This document shows positions 55,298 through 64,000 of a stretch of 64,000 nt of DNA, in pieces. Under the pieces are notes generated by a model. That model saw only the letters and a list, made by a program, of their open reading frames with translations, made no database searches and was not told the origin of the DNA. This DNA is from Candidatus Latescibacterota bacterium (GTDB lineage Bacteria > Latescibacterota > UBA2968 > UBA8231), in assembly GCA_965200315.1 (NCBI GenBank), contig OZ241362.1, positions 1,504,001 through 1,568,000 on the forward strand. The letters are read 5' to 3'. How positions within the stretch are numbered: position 1 is the first letter of the stretch; every line of letters starts with the position of its first letter. The position numbers were made by a program, and so were the translations under genes.

Positions 55298-56676
55298 ACC
55301 CCGGTTGGTGCCTCGTAGTCCCGTTCCTCGCCCTCGGTGCCTGTAGCTTGCTCCACGACGACCTCCCCAACGATCCCCCGACCGTACCCTTGGCGCGGAT
55401 GACCTGCCAGTCGCCGGGCATAGCTTCCTTGGACACCCTGATCAATAGCGCGGATGCAGTCTGCCGGGTCCAGCGCGGCGGCGAGGTTCGCTTTGAGATC
55501 CGCGCAGCCGACGAGGACGACGACCCTGTGTTCTACGAGTGGCGAGCGCCAGCCGGAGGCAGCTTCCGCGATGCGCAGGCCCAAGAGACCAACTCTTGGT
55601 TTGCCCCCCAAACCATCGCTGGCTCCAGCGAGCAATTTGTCGTGCAGGTCCTCGTAATCGACCGCAACTGCAATGCCGTACTCGATCTAGCTGACCGCCA
55701 GCGCTGCACCGGAGACGCCCGGGTGCTGATCGAAAACTTCCTCGTGGAAGTCGTGCAGCGCGAACCCGCGTTGGAAGTAACCCCCGACGCGACCGGCGCG
55801 TTTAGTGCGCCGCAGATAGTTATCGACGCGTTTGCCACCGATCCAGACGGTGATCGGCTCGAATACCACTGGGAGCCGATGGCCGGGGACAGCCTTAGCA
55901 TCTGGTCAGAAGAGACCATCCGAGACGAGGAAACTGGGCGGCCAATCGGCTCGCGCGCTACCATCGTCGCCTTTTTTCCCGGCCGCCACAAACTCCGCGT
56001 TTCCGCAAGTGACGGTGCCGCAAACACCGAGCGCGAAATCGCCCTCCACGTCTCCATTGAGCCGCCTGTGCCGACTGGCGGTACGGTGCGTCTAGTCCTG
56101 CCGACGGGTCAAGAATACGAGATAGACGCCTACGAGTATCCCAACGCCAGAGGAGAGCGGCCGCAGCCCGCTTCGTTTTTCCAAGCAGCACGCCTGTGCG
56201 CGGCCGAGGGCAAGCGCCTGTGCAGCCCGGACGAATGGCGCACCGCTTGCCAAGCTGGCCAAACGCGGCACTTTTCTTCGATCGATGATTTAGCTGCCTA
56301 CGACAGCCGCGACCATTTTGGCGTGCGCTTCTGCAACGTGCCAGGTTCGGCCTTTTCTCAATTCAGCAGCGACCCAACCGCCCAACTCGCGCCCTCCGGC
56401 TCGTTTCCCAACTGCGGCAGCGCGAGCGGCGTCTTTGATTTGACGGGTAACATAGACGAATGGACCGCCGCTATCGACGATGCCGGCGACCTAGCGGTGT
56501 ACGTGGCCGCAAGCAGCGTATCTGCTCACGGTGCTTGCGACGGCGCGACCCTTGTGAACACCCTGTCCATCGGAAGCCAAGACCCGTATGATATAGAGGT
56601 CTTAGCGGAAATCATCGCCGACTCGCCCTTGCAAACCTATGAGCAGCCCCTCCTCGGCTTCCGCTGCTGCCGTTGA
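55294..56676 (+). CDS. Lipoprotein with Ig-like domains and a C-terminal FGE-sulfatase/SUMF1-like domain
   Basis: LGAC lipobox; D.D.D.L.Y.W Ig-like motifs; IDAYEYPN, C...GKRLC..EW..AC, FDLTGN..EW and GFRCC. Confidence 0.75.
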   Translation: MNPGWCLVVPFLALGACSLLHDDLPNDPPTVPLARMTCQSPGIASLDTLINSADAVCRVQRGGEVRFEIRAADEDDDPVFYEWRAPAGGSFRDAQAQETNSWFAPQTIAGSSEQFVVQVLVIDRNCNAVLDLADRQRCTGDARVLIENFLVEVVQREPALEVTPDATGAFSAPQIVIDAFATDPDGDRLEYHWEPMAGDSLSIWSEETIRDEETGRPIGSRATIVAFFPGRHKLRVSASDGAANTEREIALHVSIEPPVPTGGTVRLVLPTGQEYEIDAYEYPNARGERPQPASFFQAARLCAAEGKRLCSPDEWRTACQAGQTRHFSSIDDLAAYDSRDHFGVRFCNVPGSAFSQFSSDPTAQLAPSGSFPNCGSASGVFDLTGNIDEWTAAIDDAGDLAVYVAASSVSAHGACDGATLVNTLSIGSQDPYDIEVLAEIIADSPLQTYEQPLLGFRCCR

Positions 56677-56692
56677 TACTAGGTCTCCAGCC

Positions 56693-57457
56693 ATGGACCA
56701 AGAGCAACTCCGCCACCTGCTAGAACAAGTCGCCACCGGGGACCTCGCGCCGGGCCAAGCCCTAGAGCGACTTAGAAACCTGCCCTTTGAGAACCTCGGG
56801 TTTGCTCACGTCGATCACCACCGCGCCCTGCGTACTGGGTTCCCGGAAGTCATTTTCGCCCAAGGCAAGACCTGCGAGCAGGTGCTGGCCATCGCTGAGC
56901 GCATAATCGCCCAAGGCACCCAAGTGCTGGCCACCCGCGTTGAAGCGGCCACAGCCCAAGCACTCGTCGAACGCTTCGAGCGAGTCGAGCACGACCCCCT
57001 CGCCCGCATAGTCCTAGTGCCAGGAGCCGAACAACCCGTGCCCGAAGGCTTAGTGGCCGTAGTCTCAGCCGGCACCTCGGACTTGCCCGTGGCCCGCGAA
57101 GCCACCATCACGGCCCGCGCCATGGGCGCGCATGTCGAGGAGGTTTGCGATGTCGGCGTCGCCGGACTACACCGACTCCTAGCGTACCGCGAACTTTTTC
57201 AGCAGGCGCGGGCCATCGTCTTGGTCGCCGGGATGGAGGGTGCGCTCGCCAGCGTCGTCGGAGGACTGGTGGATATTCCGATCGTGGCCGTGCCGACTAG
57301 CGTGGGGTACGGCGCGAGTTTCCACGGCCTCGCCGCGCTCTTGACCATGCTCAACTCCTGTGCGGCCGGCGTGGTTGTCGTCAATATCGACAACGGCTTT
57401 GGCGCTGGGTACGCAGCCGCCCAGATCAACCGCCGCTCTAGCCAGCACCCCGCATGA
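56693..57457 (+). CDS. larB: Nickel pincer cofactor biosynthesis protein LarB
   Basis: Start moved to MDQEQL. DHHR..RTGFPEV, AGTSD, DVGVAGLHRL, AGMEGAL, PTSVGYG and VNIDNGFGA. Confidence 0.93.
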   Translation: MDQEQLRHLLEQVATGDLAPGQALERLRNLPFENLGFAHVDHHRALRTGFPEVIFAQGKTCEQVLAIAERIIAQGTQVLATRVEAATAQALVERFERVEHDPLARIVLVPGAEQPVPEGLVAVVSAGTSDLPVAREATITARAMGAHVEEVCDVGVAGLHRLLAYRELFQQARAIVLVAGMEGALASVVGGLVDIPIVAVPTSVGYGASFHGLAALLTMLNSCAAGVVVVNIDNGFGAGYAAAQINRRSSQHPA

Positions 57458-58062
57458 TCCACGTCGCCGTATTGGCCGGCGGCCAGAGCCGGCGCATGGG
57501 CCGCGACAAGGCCCTCCTGCAACTGAGCGGCCAAGCCCTAATTGAGCGCGTTCTCGCCGCGGCACACCCCCTCGGCCATCCCCGCGTCATCATCGGCGAC
57601 CCCACCGCCTATGCCCATCTCGGGCTGCCCGTCCTTCCCGACCGCCGCTCTGGGCTTGGGCCGCTGGGCGGCTTGTACACCGCGCTCAGCACAACCGCCG
57701 CGCCCGTGCTCCTGCTCGCCTGCGACTTGCCCTTTCTCACTTCCGACTTCCTCGGCCATCTCGTTGACCGGCGTGGCCCGCATCAAGCGGTCGTGCCCCA
57801 CACGACCACCGGGATGCAACCGCTCTGCGCGCTCTACGAGCCGTCCTGCTTAGCAGCTATAGAAGCCGCCATACAGGCCAATCAACTCGGCATGCGCGAC
57901 CTGCTGCACAATCTGAATTTGGATTTAGTAAGGGAAAAGGACTGGCGGCCCTACGACGAGCGCGGCCTGCTTTTTGCCAATCTCAACGCGCCCGCAGAGT
58001 ACGAGCGGGCGCAAGCCGCACTCCTAAAACCCGGCATCCACCACGCTCAACACCAACAGTAG
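57454..58062 (+). CDS. mobA: Molybdenum cofactor guanylyltransferase
   Basis: LAGGQSRRMGRDKA, GPLGG, ACDLP, PLCALY and N.N.P. Confidence 0.88.
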   Translation: MIHVAVLAGGQSRRMGRDKALLQLSGQALIERVLAAAHPLGHPRVIIGDPTAYAHLGLPVLPDRRSGLGPLGGLYTALSTTAAPVLLLACDLPFLTSDFLGHLVDRRGPHQAVVPHTTTGMQPLCALYEPSCLAAIEAAIQANQLGMRDLLHNLNLDLVREKDWRPYDERGLLFANLNAPAEYERAQAALLKPGIHHAQHQQ

Positions 58063-58884
58063 CGGCAGGTAGAGGACCGAAGCTTTGAGCAGCCGCCGCG
58101 CACTGGTCGCCGAGCGCGTGAAGCTAAGCGCGAGACCGGAGCCCAAAAACAGCGAGCCCAAAAACAGCGCCCCAGCTAGGTAAAACGGCCCGGTGAGACC
58201 CATGAACGAAGGCAGCACCGAAAAGATCAGCAGCAGCACCAAGTAGCCCACGACCTGCCAGCAGGTGCTGTTCCCATCCGGCTCGACGACGGGCAACATC
58301 TTGAAACCGCCGCGCCGATAGTCGTCGCGGAAAAGCCAAGCAATGGCGTAGAAATGCGGATGCTGCCAAGCGAAGAGAATGAGAAAGAGGACCACGGCCC
58401 CCGGGTCTAGCGTGCCGGTCGCCGCTGTCCAGCCCCCTACGGGCGGCAGGGCCCCCGGCACGGCCCCCAGCGAGGTGTTGAGCCAATTTTGCCGCTTCAT
58501 CGGGGTGTACACCACCACGTAGAGAAATGCGGAGAGGAGCGCCAAAAACGCCGTCAACAACCCTGCGGTAAAAAGCAGGAAGAACACGCCGCCCAGCACT
58601 AACGCAAACCCCATCGACAGAGCCGTACCCGGCTTGACGCGCCCGGCCGGCAAGGGCCGGTGGCGCGTACGCTCCATCAAACCATCGACATCGCGCTCCA
58701 GATACTGGTTGAGTACCGACGAGCCGCACGTGGTCAGGCCCGTGCCGACGAGCAGGCAGCCAAAAAGCAGCGGCGCGTGGATGCCTTGCCCGCCCCAGAA
58801 AAAACCCAAGGCAGCCGTAACCAGCACCAAAAAGGCAATTCTCGGTTTAGTTAGTGTCCAGTAGTCGTGCCAAGTAGCAGCCAT
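58024..58884 (-). CDS. cyoE: Protoheme IX farnesyltransferase (heme O synthase)
   Basis: Start moved to MAATWHD. LTKPRI, ERDVD.LM.RT..RPLP.GR, YT.MKR and WQHPHF...DY..GG. Confidence 0.93.
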   Translation of the reverse strand: MAATWHDYWTLTKPRIAFLVLVTAALGFFWGGQGIHAPLLFGCLLVGTGLTTCGSSVLNQYLERDVDGLMERTRHRPLPAGRVKPGTALSMGFALVLGGVFFLLFTAGLLTAFLALLSAFLYVVVYTPMKRQNWLNTSLGAVPGALPPVGGWTAATGTLDPGAVVLFLILFAWQHPHFYAIAWLFRDDYRRGGFKMLPVVEPDGNSTCWQVVGYLVLLLIFSVLPSFMGLTGPFYLAGALFLGSLFLGSGLALSFTRSATSARRLLKASVLYLPLLLVLSVVDAGF

Positions 58885-58913
58885 ATCTATCTCATTCCGC
58901 GCCAAAAATATAA

Positions 58914-61306
<2,393 letters not shown>

Positions 61307-61314
61307 CTCCTAGC

Positions 61315-62751
61315 TCAGGCCAACGACGCAAATTCCCATTCCTCCAAGGCCACCATCCCATCCACGGCCACTGGCATTCCCACGCCCAAACCCGCCACTT
61401 GCAGCGACCCTACCTCGATCTTCCCTTCTCGCACATCCAAGGCCACCAATCCACTGCCCACCTCCCGATAGAGCTTCCCGTGCGTGGCCAAGCAGGCTGC
61501 CTGTTCGTCCGCGGTCAAGTGATCCAACCCTCGCACGTAGTGGTGCCCGTTGCGCTCGACGTGCCCGATCCCCAGCGCCGCCACGTGCGCCAAATCTTGG
61601 TGCAGGGGCACCACCGGCAGATTCATCAGGTCCTCGCCCGAGAGAAAGCAGCCCTCCCGCTGCCGCGCCAATGCCAGATTGGCCAGCGCCTTGACCATCC
61701 CTTTGCACGCCTTGGACGAAACGCCCTTGTATCCCAGCGATAAGGCTTGGCGGAAGGTATCCAGCGCATCGTCCGACTCGTCGATGAGCAAGGGACGACG
61801 CGCCGCAGCGGCGCGGATGCCCGATTCTAGAGCCGCATCCAACGCCACGCTCCGCTCTAGGGGCTGCTCAACGTAGAGGATGCGCTCGTACAAACGCGGC
61901 TGCTCGGCTGCAAGAGCTTCAATCAGGCCAATGAGCGAATCCATCTCCCGGTATTGCTCGTTGCCGTCGAGGGTGACCCTGTATTCGGCGTCGCGCCCGT
62001 CCAACAGCTCGGCAATCGCGGCCAACCGCGCCAAGTCGGTCTCCAAATCGCCGTTCACCTTGACCTTGAAGTACGTCAGCCCTTGACTCTCGACGCAATC
62101 GGCCAGCGATTGAGGCAACCCATCGTCCAACCGCTCCTCGGGCCCAATATCGCTGGGGACAATCGGGTCGGCCAATCCCACTGTGTGCCGCACGTGCAAC
62201 TGCTCAAGCGGCGCAGTCCCGATCACTTGGCCGGGCTCCACCCCTCGCAACTCGGGGTGAATCGCCCCCAGATCCAAGCCGAGGAGATTGGCCTTGAGCA
62301 ACTCGAAGTAACTCGCGCCCACGCCGCATCCCACCGCGTCAATCAGGGCGCGCTCCATCAGCGTACTGCCGTGGACGGCCGTCAACCGATTCAGACCGTG
62401 CGCGTCGCCAGCCGATACCGTCTGTGCATAACCGGCCCGCCATATTGCAAAGAACGATTTGGGGGACCGCGCCGCATCCAAATACGCCGCACGCGCCGCA
62501 CGCGCCGCCCACAGCAAATCGGCGACATTGTCTTCGTAGCTTTTGGCCGGGTCTTTGTCGAACCACTTAGGCGGGAGGATGTCGGCTGCAACCCCTTGGA
62601 CTGGAGTGCCGTTTTTTAGCGCACCTTGAGCCACCACGTGGAGAATCGGCACGGCGGTCAGCACGGCCGCGCCGTATTTGAAGGGCATGCGGTTTTGCAC
62701 ATTCCGCATGTAGAACTGCACGTCCTCAAGCCTTATTTCTAGGGCATTCAC
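61315..62751 (-). CDS. Uncharacterised enolase-superfamily enzyme, paralog A
   Basis: FKVK, LDGNEQY, EQP and DES metal-ligand pattern; PKWFDK, KACKG and HVERNGHHY. Confidence 0.75.
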   Translation of the reverse strand: MNALEIRLEDVQFYMRNVQNRMPFKYGAAVLTAVPILHVVAQGALKNGTPVQGVAADILPPKWFDKDPAKSYEDNVADLLWAARAARAAYLDAARSPKSFFAIWRAGYAQTVSAGDAHGLNRLTAVHGSTLMERALIDAVGCGVGASYFELLKANLLGLDLGAIHPELRGVEPGQVIGTAPLEQLHVRHTVGLADPIVPSDIGPEERLDDGLPQSLADCVESQGLTYFKVKVNGDLETDLARLAAIAELLDGRDAEYRVTLDGNEQYREMDSLIGLIEALAAEQPRLYERILYVEQPLERSVALDAALESGIRAAAARRPLLIDESDDALDTFRQALSLGYKGVSSKACKGMVKALANLALARQREGCFLSGEDLMNLPVVPLHQDLAHVAALGIGHVERNGHHYVRGLDHLTADEQAACLATHGKLYREVGSGLVALDVREGKIEVGSLQVAGLGVGMPVAVDGMVALEEWEFASLA

Positions 62752-64000
62752 GAGAGTCGCGCCTCCGCCAGCGGCTGCATGGCCTCAATATCGACTGCGC
62801 CATCCACCCCGAGCCCAGGCCGTTGCAGGGAGCCGACCGCTATTTGGCCGTCGCGAATGTCGATAAAGCCGCTCGGGCCCTCTAAGCGATACAGATCGCC
62901 GTGCCGCTCAAAGCACCACGCCCGCTCAACAGCCGACAAATGATCCAGCCCCCGCACGTAGTGGTGACCATTGCGCTCGACATGGCCGATGCCCAACGCC
63001 GCCACATGCGCCAAATCCTGGTGCAGCGACACCACTGGTACCACGGTCAGATCCTCGGCCGAGACAAAGCAGGGGCGGCCCGCGGCCGTGCGCTGCCAAG
63101 CGAGCGCACTATTGGCCAGCGCCTTAACCAAACCCTTGCAACACTTGGACGAGACGCCGCTGTAGCCCAAGTCCAATGCGCGGCGAAAGGAATCCAAACA
63201 TTCGTCCGACTCGTCAATCAGCAGGGGGCGTTTCGCCGCCAAAACTTCAAGTTCGCTCTTTAGCACCGGATCGAGGGAAAGGGCGCGGTCCATGGGCTGC
63301 TCGACGTAGAGGATGCGCTGGTAAAACGCCCCCAAGTCCTTTTCAACTCGCTCCAATAAGGCCAGCAAATCGGCCGCGTCGCCGTACTGTTCGTTGCCGT
63401 CGAGCGTGATGTGGTACTCCCCGCCGCTGGCGTCCAAGAGCGCGGCGATCTCGGCTAAGCGCTCGAAATCATCCGTGGGGTCGCCGCCGATCTTGATCTT
63501 GAAATAGCGCAGGCCCTGGCCTTGGATGCATTCCTCCAAGGACTGCGGCAATCCGTCGTTTAACCGCTCTGCGGGCGCAATTGCGGCCGTGCGGATGGGA
63601 TCGACCAAGCCGACCGTATGGCGGACGTACAGCGAGCGCACCGGTGCCGCCGGCAGCACGGCTGCAAGCGCTAGCCCTTCTAGCTCCGGGTGAATCCTCT
63701 CCAGCGCCAGCCCGAGGACATTGCCCTGCAACAGCGCAAAATAGGGCTGCCCCAGCGCGACCCCCAAGCTGTCTATGAGTGCCCGTTCCATCAGGGCCGC
63801 ACCATTGGACGCCAGCAGGTAGTTTGTGCCCCGTGCCCGGCCCCACGCCCGACTGGCCTCGTAGCCCGCCTCCCAGATGGCGAATGGGGCAGCGCCGGTT
63901 CGACCCGACTCCCGATAAGCGGCAGCCGCCGCTTTGGCTCCGTCCACCAAGTCGCAGATGCCCTCGGCCATCGACTTGCTGGGGTCTTTGTCAAACCACC
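62748..64000 (-). CDS. Uncharacterised enolase-superfamily enzyme, paralog B (5' end outside the window)
   Basis: The frame stays open past 63971 (WFDKDPSKS-M), matching PKWFDKDP of paralog A; same motif series. Confidence 0.75.
   Translation of the reverse strand, partial: WFDKDPSKSMAEGICDLVDGAKAAAAAYRESGRTGAAPFAIWEAGYEASRAWGRARGTNYLLASNGAALMERALIDSLGVALGQPYFALLQGNVLGLALERIHPELEGLALAAVLPAAPVRSLYVRHTVGLVDPIRTAAIAPAERLNDGLPQSLEECIQGQGLRYFKIKIGGDPTDDFERLAEIAALLDASGGEYHITLDGNEQYGDAADLLALLERVEKDLGAFYQRILYVEQPMDRALSLDPVLKSELEVLAAKRPLLIDESDECLDSFRRALDLGYSGVSSKCCKGLVKALANSALAWQRTAAGRPCFVSAEDLTVVPVVSLHQDLAHVAALGIGHVERNGHHYVRGLDHLSAVERAWCFERHGDLYRLEGPSGFIDIRDGQIAVGSLQRPGLGVDGAVDIEAMQPLAEARLS

Overview
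A gene-dense, mostly GC-rich bacterial window. No rRNA, tRNA, CRISPR array, transposase or integrase is visible. The gene content (T9SS type-B-like C-terminal domains, a PorV/PorP-like barrel, a TonB receptor, C-terminal S/T-W-G-x-x-K tails) suggests an FCB-group organism such as Latescibacterota, which is an inference. The first ~33 kb is a cell-envelope island. It encodes three paralogous giant secreted proteins ending in a FTPNGDGINDE...AY domain, two CBM9-like proteins, two paralogous lipoproteins, a 916-aa putative outer-membrane barrel, a PPIase lipoprotein, two GT-C glycosyltransferases, TPR proteins, and CRTAC1-like and SGNH proteins. The rest is metabolic and housekeeping: larA-like, galU, a PfkB/RfaE kinase, an acyl-CoA ligase, enolase-superfamily enzymes, two dipeptidases, ilvBN, a TonB receptor, ppdK, parAB, larB, mobA, cyoE and ligA. 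The best leads are (i) a repeated surface-protein export/display module with two distinct C-terminal tags, (ii) a sigma70-like promoter enclosed by a perfect 17-bp inverted repeat at the head of that module, a candidate invertible switch, (iii) a long structured 5' leader at ~2279-2523, and (iv) apparent enrichment of D-S/T-x O-glycosylation sequons in exported proteins. All product calls come from reading motifs by eye; no database searches were run. Many start codons were moved downstream of the ORF-track start.
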